This document shows positions 28,585 to 37,763 of a stretch of DNA of 38,294 nt, piece by piece; the stretch's first letter is position 1, and each line of letters starts with the position of its first letter. The stretch lies in NCBI GenBank assembly GCA_016839585.1, contig JAEOTZ010000055.1, positions 1 to 38,294 on the forward strand, written 5' to 3'. The notes beneath the pieces were generated by a model, which saw nothing but the letters and a program-made list of their open reading frames with translations, was not told the origin of the DNA and did no database searches. A program made the position numbers and the translations under genes. This DNA comes from Promethearchaeota archaeon (GTDB lineage: Archaea; Asgardarchaeota; Lokiarchaeia; Sigyniarchaeales; SOKP01).

Positions 28585-29958
28585 TTAAATCCATAAATCA
28601 ATCTTGTTCTCCTTTAAGAATTCAGGAATTCTTTGAATTTTATTTTCACTTATATCAAAATGCTCTAAATTAACTAATTTTTTCATAGTCTTAGGTATCA
28701 TTTTAATCCGATTTCTCATTAAATCTAATCTTTTTAACGATTTAATTTCACCAATAATATCTGGAATTTGTCTAATATTTTGATCTCTTAATATTAATTC
28801 TTCCAAAAATTCTAAAAAACATAGTTGCTTAGGAAAAATGCAAGTTTGAAAAATGGGGTATCCATATAAGTAAATACCTATAATATTTCCATTCTGATTA
28901 ATCTTATAATTACATGCATAATGGGTATAGATATGGTCGTCAATTTTAGCTTTTTTCAATCTCATTCCTGTAAAGAACTCCAATAATCCTAAGACAGGAG
29001 CTTCTGAGGTGTTCACTCCTTCTTTTACATATTTTCTAGAAAAGTTTCGTTTAGCAAGCCTAAATAAGGAATCTGGAATATCTTTTATCATGATATTATT
29101 GTTAAGATTGAGTTTTTTTAGGGATTTTAACTGTTCCCATTTTATTTCTGGAATAATTGAAAAATTATTCCAATCTAAATACAATGATTTAAGTTTAATA
29201 AGGGATTCAATTGTTTCTGGTAAAGTTGTTAACTTATTATTCCATAAATTCAAATGTTCTAATTTTGAGAGTGACCCAATCGACTTAGGGATAGTAGTTA
29301 GTTTCTGACCAGCAAGATCAAGAGCTATAATATGACCTTTTTTCTTTACAGGCTTATAGAAACCAACGTTTCTTTCGCTATTTATCATACTCTCTATTTC
29401 TATTAGAAATTTTGATTCCTCATGATTAATATTATAAATTTTTACAAGATTGAATTTTAATTCTTTTTTCAATTCATTAGAATAATGATTATCTTGAGTC
29501 TCTAAAAAATCAAAAAATGACTTCAATACTAAAATGGATTTATCATTATATAACATGAATTTTAATGGATATAAACTCAATTTCGGAAATTTAAGAAATA
29601 TTATTTCAGCGGCAGTACTTCTTACAAATGGACTTTCATCTGAAATTAAACAATTTTCAAGAATTTTAAAATTAAAATTGTTTTTAGGAGCAATTCTTCC
29701 AAACTCTTTAATGCATTCTGCTCGAAATTTTGCATTATCACTTCCTTCAATTAAAGAAGTCAAGAGTGATGTTGCTTCTTCTAAAGATAACTTATTATTC
29801 TTAAAATCATTATTTATCTTTTTTAGAGTAAATGAATCGCTCAAAATTAATTGTTTTTGGGGATGAATTTTATTAGAATAATTAAACGGCAAATTGTATT
29901 TATATTTAATTGTAATGAAAATTAAACTAAAATCTAATTCCTTTAGATGTGATTTCAA
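28585..29958 (-). CDS. HEAT-repeat plus leucine-rich-repeat protein
   Basis: LENCLISDESPFVRSTAAE (HEAT-like); two LxxLxLxxNxL arrays. The true start may be the TTG at 29844. Confidence 0.85.
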   Translation of the reverse strand: MKSHLKELDFSLIFITIKYKYNLPFNYSNKIHPQKQLILSDSFTLKKINNDFKNNKLSLEEATSLLTSLIEGSDNAKFRAECIKEFGRIAPKNNFNFKILENCLISDESPFVRSTAAEIIFLKFPKLSLYPLKFMLYNDKSILVLKSFFDFLETQDNHYSNELKKELKFNLVKIYNINHEESKFLIEIESMINSERNVGFYKPVKKKGHIIALDLAGQKLTTIPKSIGSLSKLEHLNLWNNKLTTLPETIESLIKLKSLYLDWNNFSIIPEIKWEQLKSLKKLNLNNNIMIKDIPDSLFRLAKRNFSRKYVKEGVNTSEAPVLGLLEFFTGMRLKKAKIDDHIYTHYACNYKINQNGNIIGIYLYGYPIFQTCIFPKQLCFLEFLEELILRDQNIRQIPDIIGEIKSLKRLDLMRNRIKMIPKTMKKLVNLEHFDISENKIQRIPEFLKENKIDLWI

Positions 29959-30042
29959 TATAACCTACTAATAATTCCATTACACAAACCTTATATTGAA
30001 TTTAATATGAAATATAAAAAAAAATAAAAGGAATATTATTAC

Positions 30043-31050
30043 ATGTCATTTTTAACTGGGTTAAAGAATTTATTTAGAAAACCAATTTACATTATTATAA
30101 TAATTGCTTTCATTATATCTTGGTTTTTAATTTTATTTGGATATTTATTTATTCCATATATAGGATATAATCGTTTTGTGTACATATTTATTGGAATTCT
30201 TGGAGGTTTCCTCTTTTTCCTGTTAATAATTTCATTCTTCAAACCAATTGATGAATTAAATTATATTATAGTTATAGTAATTTTTTTACTTTCTTTACCG
30301 ATTTTGGTAATATTTAATGGGGTACTCAATTTATTTTATAGATTTTGTTTAATAGCAAACCAGTTATTAACAGCATTTTTTGCATTTAAATTATGTATGG
30401 ATTCCTCAACTAAAGTTGATGATTATTTATATAGAGATAAAAAATTCAACAAAATCACACGTTCTTTAGAGTTTTTAATTTTTGGTATTTTAAATTTAAT
30501 AGCCTTAATAATAATCTGGAATATTTTAATTAATTTCAGCTTGAAAGTTGTAATATTCAGTGCAATAATTTTTCGCAGGATGTATTGGGTTAATTTAATT
30601 TTGATGAGTTTTGTGTTATTACGATTAATTTTTACGAAAAAATTTTCAGCGTATATTACTTTATTTTTTTTATTAACTTTTTTCTATGTTTTCTACATTA
30701 TTATTGATATTATAGCTGAATTTATATTTTCAGATGCTGCAAGCACTACTTGGTATTTCTTTTTGATTGATTTGGGGCTTTTTCTCTACATAATAGGTTC
30801 AATATTTGATAAAGTTGAATACCTTGAGAATAAATTTAAAATCATCAGAGCAGACACAATTTCTATCTTTATAATTTTAATGAAATTATATACTCAAATT
30901 ATTAAGCTACCAGGAGTAAAAGGAGTAATAATAAGTATTGGTGACATTATCCAATTACAAATATTTTTGCTTATTATATTTATATTATTTACTCTATTAT
31001 TCGGAATCTATTCTATATTTGCTCATAAAGAAGGTGAAACTCCAAGATAG
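30043..31050 (+). CDS. Multi-pass membrane protein of unknown function
   Basis: About 9-10 hydrophobic segments. Confidence 0.8.
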   Translation: MSFLTGLKNLFRKPIYIIIIIAFIISWFLILFGYLFIPYIGYNRFVYIFIGILGGFLFFLLIISFFKPIDELNYIIVIVIFLLSLPILVIFNGVLNLFYRFCLIANQLLTAFFAFKLCMDSSTKVDDYLYRDKKFNKITRSLEFLIFGILNLIALIIIWNILINFSLKVVIFSAIIFRRMYWVNLILMSFVLLRLIFTKKFSAYITLFFLLTFFYVFYIIIDIIAEFIFSDAASTTWYFFLIDLGLFLYIIGSIFDKVEYLENKFKIIRADTISIFIILMKLYTQIIKLPGVKGVIISIGDIIQLQIFLLIIFILFTLLFGIYSIFAHKEGETPR

Positions 31051-31122
31051 TTTTTTATAATTTCCTTTCTTTCATAATAAGATAGATTTAATTGTTTGAA
31101 TTCTTATATATACTTACTTAAG

Positions 31123-31413
31123 ATGGCTCTAGCAAATTCTTCTCCTAAATCAGGATTGGAAAAAATAATTGACTATTTTAATAATAGTCTTGAAGTAAAT
31201 TATCCCATTGCTATTGCAAAAATAGTGGAAGATACTGGTTTTTCATGGAGTTTTGTTAAAAAAACTTTAACAAAGATAAAAGAAGAATATGATGGATTTC
31301 ATTTTGAAAAATCTGGGAATACTTGGATTTCTTGGAAAGACCGTGATCATATTATTAAAAAATTAGATGATACCTGTTCTCGTTTTCTTAAAAATAATGG
31401 AAAAGAATGTTAG
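31123..31413 (+). CDS. Small winged-helix protein
   Basis: PIAIAKIVEDTGFSWSFVKKTL HTH plus wing FEKSGNTWISW; ATG at 31123 preferred. Confidence 0.65.
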   Translation: MALANSSPKSGLEKIIDYFNNSLEVNYPIAIAKIVEDTGFSWSFVKKTLTKIKEEYDGFHFEKSGNTWISWKDRDHIIKKLDDTCSRFLKNNGKEC

Positions 31414-31428
31414 AATTTATTATTATTC

Positions 31429-33921
31429 CTATTTAGTTTTTAATTCATTAATCTCAGCATACATTTTTTTTGCTTCTTTTTCGATATGCTTTCTCATTTC
31501 TATATCACAGTAACATGTGTGGCTAGCGACTTTACCTTTTTCAATACTTTCTATTGCTAAATCATATTCACCAATTGCTTTGTAGCATTTAGCTAAATTT
31601 AAATACGTATTATAAGTATACCAACCATATGGTTCAAGTTCTAGTGCTAATTTAGTTTCTTTAATTGCAGATTCATATTCTCCGAATTCTGTTAATATTT
31701 CTGCGAATGAATCATGAAAATTACCATCATTAGGATCTAATTCTGTTAATAATTTACCTGCTTCTATTGCTCCTTCTTTATCATCTTTGTATAAATGAAA
31801 ATAGAGTTTTTTATTAAGGAGATCAAGATCATCAGGATATTTCTCTCTCAATTCATCAATAATTCTTAATGCTTCATCATAATTCTTCAGTTTCTTATAA
31901 AGATGTGCTCTACTTGCTAAAAGTTCTATTTCATGTTTTGGAAAATTTTTAATTGCGGTTTCTAAAAATTCTAAAGCTTCATCAATTTTTTCATTATAAT
32001 GTAAAATCTTAGATTTATGAATATAAAATTTAACATCTTTAGGATCTAGATCAATAGCTTCATTAATTGCTTCAAGTGCTTCATCAAATTTTTTTAACTG
32101 TTTTAAAACTAGACATTTTAATTGATAATATTTGGCTTTATTTGATTGTTTAGGGTCTAAATCAATAGCTTTTTCAATATCAAATAAGACTTCATCACTT
32201 TTGGATTCTTCAAGATCCAATTCATAAATAACTTTATAACCTAACACTAACGCTCTTGTTATATAGGACGCTGGATGTTCAGGAAAAACTTTTTCTATTC
32301 TATCACTGAATTTTAATGCTTTTTTAAAGTCACCTAAGGTTAAATAACAGAAAATCAATACAAAATGATAAGAAATAAAAGAATGCTCATCTTGGTCTTC
32401 AACAATCATTTTCACCTCTTCTTTTAAAAGATTTATCGCTTCTTGATGTCGGTTTAATAAACTTAGAATAATCGCTTTTAAAAAATACAAATCTAAGTTT
32501 TCTGGATCCTGCTTAATAGCACGGTTTATTTTTTCTAAAGCATTCTTATGTTCCTTTTTTTTCATTAAGGCTTTAGCACCCTCATAAATTTCTTCAATTT
32601 CAGGTGAAGAAAAGAGGTTTAAAACTTTTAATATATTTGGGTCTATATGATACTTGTATTCAGGTGGCTCAAATAAAGTTTCTTTAGAGCTATAAGATAT
32701 AAGTTCAGGAATATATCTCCATGCAACTCCTTCTAATTTGTCAAAAGTGTCTAATAACTCTCTTTCAGTTTCTATCTTATATGCTAAATAATTTATATAT
32801 TCTGGTAAGAAGTTCCTTAAGGGCTCTTTCATCCCTTTATTAAAGATACTATCACAAATTTCTTCTAATATAGCCTCTACGGTAGAATCCATATCTAATG
32901 ATGGAGTTCCGTTTATGAACTTATTGTATAATTTGTTTAAATATGTAAACTTGGTAATGTGATCTTCTGTTATCGCACGAAGAACTTTTTCTAATTTCTC
33001 ACTACCTTGAAAATAATAAACCTCATCCCCCTCATCTTCTAATTTGAAGAATTTTACCGGGTAAAAATCCTCTTCTACAATTTTATCTACAAAAAAGTTA
33101 AGGGTTGATTGTTTAATGTTATACTCATTAGAAAATTCTTTAGATGAAATTGAGTTAGGATATTGATTTGGATGATTAAGCGAAAGAAATAACAATATTT
33201 TTTCGAATTCTTCTTCTGTTAATAAATCTTTAACTCTACTATAATCTAATTTTAAAACATTGTTTAGAAATCGAAACTTCATATAATCATTCTCAATATC
33301 AAATTTCTCAAAAAATCTAATAGTCTTCTTAGTAACCTCTTCAATCCTTTTAGTTTCTTCCTTTAGAATTGATTGTCTATCTAAATCATAAAACCTTAGC
33401 ATATTAGAATATTCTGATTTCCCTTCTTGAGTAATTTTATACTCTTTATTCTCTTTCCTTACTAATTCACTCTCCATCAATAAATTCAAATTTTTAGACA
33501 AAGAGGATTGGTTTATAGAAAGTGGCTCTGCTAAGAAATCCGACCATTTGCAAGAATTGTTATTGTAAACCATCCAAAGAATCCAGTGATCATAATTCCT
33601 CCTTTCTGTAATCGCTTTTGGAGGATAACTTAACTTAGTTCTCTTGTCCTTAGCTCTAGATAACTCATTATACCTCTCCTCACCTTTAGGTGTGATACAA
33701 TAAGAACCCCTTTTTATTCTCTCAAGATACCCACTATTCTCTAATCTTTTTAGATAATTTGATAATGTAGAAAGGCTAATATTTACAGGATCAGCTGTGA
33801 AATCTGCCCACTCACATTCATCATTATTATGCAACATCCAGAGAATTATGTGCTCAAAATTCTTCTTCTCTAAAGGTGAAGGATTAATAATTTCATCAGG
33901 TGGATAATTTAAAATACTCAT
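31429..33921 (-). CDS. Protein with tandem N-terminal winged-helix repeats and C-terminal TPR array
   Basis: Repeats HIILWMLHNNDECEWADF...STLSNYLKRL...YCITPKG and HWILWMVYNNNSCKWSDF...SSLSKNLNLL...YKITQEG; many TPRs. ATG at 33921 preferred, because the upstream extension in the ORF track reads like intergenic DNA. Confidence 0.85.
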   Translation of the reverse strand: MSILNYPPDEIINPSPLEKKNFEHIILWMLHNNDECEWADFTADPVNISLSTLSNYLKRLENSGYLERIKRGSYCITPKGEERYNELSRAKDKRTKLSYPPKAITERRNYDHWILWMVYNNNSCKWSDFLAEPLSINQSSLSKNLNLLMESELVRKENKEYKITQEGKSEYSNMLRFYDLDRQSILKEETKRIEEVTKKTIRFFEKFDIENDYMKFRFLNNVLKLDYSRVKDLLTEEEFEKILLFLSLNHPNQYPNSISSKEFSNEYNIKQSTLNFFVDKIVEEDFYPVKFFKLEDEGDEVYYFQGSEKLEKVLRAITEDHITKFTYLNKLYNKFINGTPSLDMDSTVEAILEEICDSIFNKGMKEPLRNFLPEYINYLAYKIETERELLDTFDKLEGVAWRYIPELISYSSKETLFEPPEYKYHIDPNILKVLNLFSSPEIEEIYEGAKALMKKKEHKNALEKINRAIKQDPENLDLYFLKAIILSLLNRHQEAINLLKEEVKMIVEDQDEHSFISYHFVLIFCYLTLGDFKKALKFSDRIEKVFPEHPASYITRALVLGYKVIYELDLEESKSDEVLFDIEKAIDLDPKQSNKAKYYQLKCLVLKQLKKFDEALEAINEAIDLDPKDVKFYIHKSKILHYNEKIDEALEFLETAIKNFPKHEIELLASRAHLYKKLKNYDEALRIIDELREKYPDDLDLLNKKLYFHLYKDDKEGAIEAGKLLTELDPNDGNFHDSFAEILTEFGEYESAIKETKLALELEPYGWYTYNTYLNLAKCYKAIGEYDLAIESIEKGKVASHTCYCDIEMRKHIEKEAKKMYAEINELKTK

Positions 33922-33990
33922 AGTTAATACAAAATAACTTATTTGTGTTACTATAAAATAAGTTTTTATCCTTAATATAATGTAAAGTAA

Positions 33991-34026
33991 TGAAGTTAGG
34001 TTGAAGTATGAAGTATGGTTGAAGTA
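33991..34026. repeat. 18-bp imperfect tandem repeat carrying four TGAAGT boxes (putative operator)
   Basis: TGAAGTtaggtTGAAGTa / TGAAGTatggtTGAAGTa; boxes at 33991, 34002, 34009 and 34020. Confidence 0.7.
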
Positions 34027-34120
34027 AAAAAAAAGATTTTTAGAACTGATTCCACTAAAAAATGAAAATTCTTGAGTAGATTCATTCAAAATTAAAATTT
34101 ATTAAGTAATTTCACCTTTT

Positions 34121-34198
34121 TCATAAGGATTTCTATAAAACTCTACCTTAAATTATCTCTAGAAAAAAACATTTAAAATTCTATAAACTATAATATAA
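34121..34198. promoter_or_regulatory. 12-bp-periodic YATA box pairs upstream of the AbrB-like gene
   Basis: CATA 34122/TATA 34134 (tCATAaggatttcTATAa) and TATA 34182/34194, all in one 12-bp phase. Confidence 0.5.
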
Positions 34199-34230
34199 AA
34201 TATTTAAAATGATCCTAATTAGTTTAAAAT

Positions 34231-34407
34231 ATGTCTAAAGAGAAAAAGATCTTTACCTTAGAAAATATAAAATTAGCTTCAATGGGACCAGATACAATAG
34301 TTTATATCCCAAGAGCTTTAATTAGGCATAAAGTCCTTGATCCCAAAAAGAAATATAACATACATTTTGAAGAGATTCTTGAGGAAGAACAAGAAAAAGA
34401 AGATTAA
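34231..34407 (+). CDS. 58-aa AbrB/MazE/SpoVT-like swapped-hairpin DNA-binding protein (not in ORF track)
   Basis: MSKEKKIFTLENIKLASMGPDTIVYIPRALIRHKVLDPKKKYNIHFEEILEEEQEKED; the G-x3-VYIP-helix-strand pattern resembles MazE WGNSPAVRIPATL. Confidence 0.7.
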   Translation: MSKEKKIFTLENIKLASMGPDTIVYIPRALIRHKVLDPKKKYNIHFEEILEEEQEKED

Positions 34408-34943
34408 TCTTCTTCACGATAAGAGCAAATATTATAAATATCAAACTTTACTTTATTATCTTTTAGAAGTTTAATAATATTCGGATTAAAATCGAATATA
34501 ATTTTTTTTTTTGTGGTTATTTTTGCTGTTTGTGGAGTATTATCTTTTTCATAAACTTTTTCTAAAGGAATATAGCTTGATAAATATGCTGTTTTGTTAT
34601 TGTAATAAATATGGCAAATATAATTTTCAATATTGATTATTTTCTTGTCTTTTCTAACGCCTCTAAATCGCACTAATACGGTTTTTTTATCATCCTCAAC
34701 CTTGAAATATTCTACCAAATGTGATAAATCTTCAGGATGGACTATTTTATAAAATTCCCTTTTTTTCCATTTAGATATTTCTTCTTCGCTATACCCAAAA
34801 ATTTCTCCAAATTTTTGATTATAATATTTTAAATAGCCTCTTTGAATTATTATAATTCCCATTTTAGAATTATCAGCAAAATGAAGAAAGCTTTCATTTC
34901 TTAATTTAGTATCAAATTCCTCATTAATATCAACTTTTGACAT
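34404..34943 (-). CDS. Stand-alone PAS-domain protein
   Basis: GIIIIQRGYLKYYNQKFGEIFGYSEEEI, IVHPEDL, RGVRKDKK. Confidence 0.88.
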   Translation of the reverse strand: MSKVDINEEFDTKLRNESFLHFADNSKMGIIIIQRGYLKYYNQKFGEIFGYSEEEISKWKKREFYKIVHPEDLSHLVEYFKVEDDKKTVLVRFRGVRKDKKIINIENYICHIYYNNKTAYLSSYIPLEKVYEKDNTPQTAKITTKKKIIFDFNPNIIKLLKDNKVKFDIYNICSYREED

Positions 34944-35115
34944 AAACTTTATACCTAAGCAATTTTATTAAATATTTTTACCTTTTCTGTTAATTCTTGG
35001 CATTATTAATAAAATATTCATTCTATTTATGCTTTTTTAGATGATATTTTGTGGTAAAAATTTTGGTAATATTATTTTAATCATTCAAAATATTTAAAGA
35101 AAAAATTAAAAAATG

Positions 35116-35181
35116 AAGATTTAAATTAGGGAAATTAATTATATAATTATTGTATAGGGATTTTCATAGGGGACCCTATAA
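35116..35181 (+). promoter_or_regulatory. AAGATTTAAAT promoter plus triple 12-bp-spaced box
   Basis: TTTAAA at 35120; TATA 35153, CATA 35165, TATA 35177. Confidence 0.7.
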
Positions 35182-35232
35182 GAATATATTCTAATATTTT
35201 AGTTGAATTACAGTATCCATTAAAAATAGAAG

Positions 35233-35781
35233 GTGGTAAAAATAGGCAGAGACTTAACCCTCAAAATTTGTCTTTTTGGAGAAAATAATGTTGGAAAAAC
35301 TTCACTAATTCAGGCGCTTATTCAAAAAAGATTCAATAAGGAAACAAAACCACAAACATTCATAGATATTGAGATTAAAGATTTAACAATAAATTCTTCT
35401 AAAATTGCACTTCAAATATGGATTCTTAAATTTGATTTTCAATTTGAATTTTTTTTCCCCATTTTTTTAAGGGGTACATCAGGAGGTATTTTTATGTATG
35501 ATATCACCAACTATTCCAGTATAAGTAATGTAGAAAAGTGGATAACAACATTTAAAGAAGGTTTATCTAATGATAGAAAGAAAATTCCTCTATTATTGGT
35601 TGGTGGAAAGGTAGATCTCTATAAAGAAAGAGAATTATCTAGAAAAAATGCTAGAAAAATCTCAAAAAAATACAACTTCTTGAATTATTTCGAATGTTCC
35701 TCTAAAACTGGCCAAAATGTTGAAAAAATCTTTGAATTTTTAGCGAGATCCATACAGAAACATGAAGATTATTTTAACTAA
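35233..35781 (+). CDS. Rab-like small GTPase with degenerate G2/G3 motifs
   Basis: G1 GENNVGKTS; G3 position reads WILKFD; G4 GKVD; G5 ECSSK. Confidence 0.85.
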   Translation: MVKIGRDLTLKICLFGENNVGKTSLIQALIQKRFNKETKPQTFIDIEIKDLTINSSKIALQIWILKFDFQFEFFFPIFLRGTSGGIFMYDITNYSSISNVEKWITTFKEGLSNDRKKIPLLLVGGKVDLYKERELSRKNARKISKKYNFLNYFECSSKTGQNVEKIFEFLARSIQKHEDYFN

Positions 35782-35819
35782 ACTAAACAAAATATTTAAA
35801 GAAAAATTCTAAAAAAAAT

Positions 35820-35884
35820 TTTAAATTTTGGTAGTTTAATTATATTGTTAATCACTATAGAGGATTTTATAAATAATTCTATAA
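35820..35884 (+). promoter_or_regulatory. TTTAAAT promoter plus triple 12-bp-spaced box
   Basis: TTTAAA at 35820; TATA 35856, 35868, 35880. Confidence 0.65.
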
Positions 35885-35912
35885 GAAGAAACCTAAAAAG
35901 GTTGTTAATAAG

Positions 35913-36134
35913 ATGGAGAATAAATCAGAAAAAACAAGAGCGAGAGTTTGTTTCGATTGCCATGTATATTGCATTATTAATGTTAATAATTATAAAGCTA
36001 TACAACTATTACAGCAATTTGAGAAAACACATCGTGGACATAGTACTCAAATAATAGACCCAGATGAATTAAAACCAAAATCCCCAACGGACATTATTTA
36101 TACATGTGTATCAGAGTTTAATGGAGAGGAGTAA
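35913..36134 (+). CDS. Small putative Zn-binding protein (CxxC...HxxH)
   Basis: RVCFDC ... FEKTHRGH; ATG start about 30 bp after the box array. Confidence 0.7.
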   Translation: MENKSEKTRARVCFDCHVYCIINVNNYKAIQLLQQFEKTHRGHSTQIIDPDELKPKSPTDIIYTCVSEFNGEE

Positions 36135-36164
36135 TATAAAATACCATTCCCAACTAAAAGATAA

Positions 36165-36311
36165 ATGAAATACATGAGGAAATATATCTATGATCATTTA
36201 GATAACTTTCATGGAACATTAGAGATTATAGTCCAACCTTTTCTAGGTTTTGATTTAGGTTATATCCTTAATAGATATAACAGACATCTGGAGATAAAAG
36301 TAAAGATTTAA
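36165..36311 (+). CDS. Possible 48-aa peptide
   Basis: MKYMRKYIYDHLDNFHGTLEIIVQPFLGFDLGYILNRYNRHLEIKVKI; fills the gap after 36134; no motif. Confidence 0.3.
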   Translation: MKYMRKYIYDHLDNFHGTLEIIVQPFLGFDLGYILNRYNRHLEIKVKI

Positions 36312-36368
36312 ATATAAATTCTAAAATTATTTTATCATCTATAGGCAATTCTATAGGTTTTTTTACAA
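36303..36368 (+). promoter_or_regulatory. AAGATTTAAAT promoter plus triple 12-bp-spaced box
   Basis: TTTAAA at 36307; TATA 36340, TATA 36352, TACA 36364. Confidence 0.65.
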
Positions 36369-36540
36369 AATGAAAAAATTGAAATATATTTAATAAAAAT
36401 TACCTGGAATATAATTTTCACGCTAAAATGGATTATTCTGCTCTGGAATATTCAATAATCTTAAATAATATATACCAAAAACTTGAAAATCCTTTATTAA
36501 AAAATATTACAAAAATAATACTAATTACAGAGGAGGAGGT

Positions 36541-37218
36541 ATGAAATTAATGGATGAAAAATTCGAAAGTCAAGTTGTCGCAGAAATGATAGATAATGCG
36601 GAAAAAATTGCCAGAGATTATGAGTTAGCCATTAAAAAAAATAAATTTGAAATAAAGTGTCCTTATCCAGAAATAATTAAAATCTATGAAAGCATAATAC
36701 AAATGCTCATTGATTACGGTTGGAATGAACAAGCCATGATTTTCAATAAACAAATTAAATTTTATCAAGAAAAACTAGAGAAAGATAAAAAATTGCGCGT
36801 AATTAAAGTTCATAAAATGCAAAAACGGAAAGAAATTGAAGGATTATATAAAATTAAGGAGATCAATACTCTCAGAGCAGTAATCCTCTCTCTCAATAAA
36901 GAGGAGATGATTTTAGATTTTGAAGAGAAAAAGAAAGAAAAAATTAAAGAATCTGAAGAAATCTTTAATATGATTGATAATGCTGAAAGAATGGCAAAAG
37001 AATACGAAAAAGAAATAAAAAAGGGTAGAATTCTTTATCTAGATTGTCCGTATGAAAAAATAATAGAAATTTACAAAGAAGTTGTCAAAAGATTCGAAAG
37101 TATCGGTTGGAAAGATGAATCAAGTAAATTGATTGATTCTATCGAATATTATAACAACAAGCTTGAAAAAGATAAAAGATTAAGAGAAATTGAAAAGAGA
37201 AAATTGGGCATAGAATAA
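36541..37218 (+). CDS. Internally duplicated helical-repeat protein
   Basis: Two copies of MIDNAE..A..YE...CPY..II.IY...GW......I..Y..KLEKDK.LR. Strong GGAGGAGGT RBS; the start may be the ATG at 36550. Confidence 0.8.
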   Translation: MKLMDEKFESQVVAEMIDNAEKIARDYELAIKKNKFEIKCPYPEIIKIYESIIQMLIDYGWNEQAMIFNKQIKFYQEKLEKDKKLRVIKVHKMQKRKEIEGLYKIKEINTLRAVILSLNKEEMILDFEEKKKEKIKESEEIFNMIDNAERMAKEYEKEIKKGRILYLDCPYEKIIEIYKEVVKRFESIGWKDESSKLIDSIEYYNNKLEKDKRLREIEKRKLGIE

Positions 37219-37418
37219 TATATTCCTTTTATCTTGTAAAAATTTATTACATACTAATTTTGAGAAATTGGACCAAATTGGAAAAGAAAGTAAAAATTTA
37301 AATAATAGGAGTCTATTATTGAATTGCCAGAAGGTAATTCAAAGAAAGGTATAATTATTCTTTCATAATTTAATTTTGTATCCGGATAAGAATATTATCT
37401 AAATTACTGAAGGGGGCA

Positions 37419-37601
37419 ATTAATATAAAGATTGAAGTAATTGACAAAATAAAAAATAAGATATATTACGTGTCAGATGATTTTAAAATCAAATATAAGG
37501 GTAAACAGATATCCCTTAAAGAACTCCAAACTGAAGAAAAAAAAATTATAAGTATAATATTCCAGGAAGATGGAACAATTGATATTTGTTATAGAGAATG
37601 A
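37419..37601 (+). CDS. Possible small protein with non-canonical (ATT/ATA) start
   Basis: INIKIEVIDKIKNKIYYVSDDFKIKYKGKQISLKELQTEEKKIISIIFQEDGTIDICYRE, preceded by AAGGGGG. Confidence 0.4.
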   Translation: MNIKIEVIDKIKNKIYYVSDDFKIKYKGKQISLKELQTEEKKIISIIFQEDGTIDICYRE

Positions 37602-37763
37602 TAAGAAATAATTGAAATTTAAAGTAGACTAAATTCTAATTTTGATGAAAAAATCAGAATGTGAAGATTTAAAGATTTAGTCGGTTTAATTACTTTTGAA
37701 TCTCTTTTTTTTTCCTTTTTCTACAAAAATTAGTTAAAATTGATCATTTTGGACATCAAAATA

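Noticed and set aside
33922-34089. 56-aa N-terminal extension of the wHTH-TPR ORF
   Set aside because: F/Y/I-rich translation of AT-rich intergenic DNA that contains the TGAAGT repeat; the first domain repeat starts right after Met at 33921.
34231-34943. Type II toxin-antitoxin pair
   Set aside because: The AbrB-like gene's neighbour is a convergent PAS protein, not a PIN/MazF-type toxin.
35845-36054. 69-aa TTG-start ORF
   Set aside because: Overlaps the box array and the better-supported CxxC/HxxH ORF in another frame.
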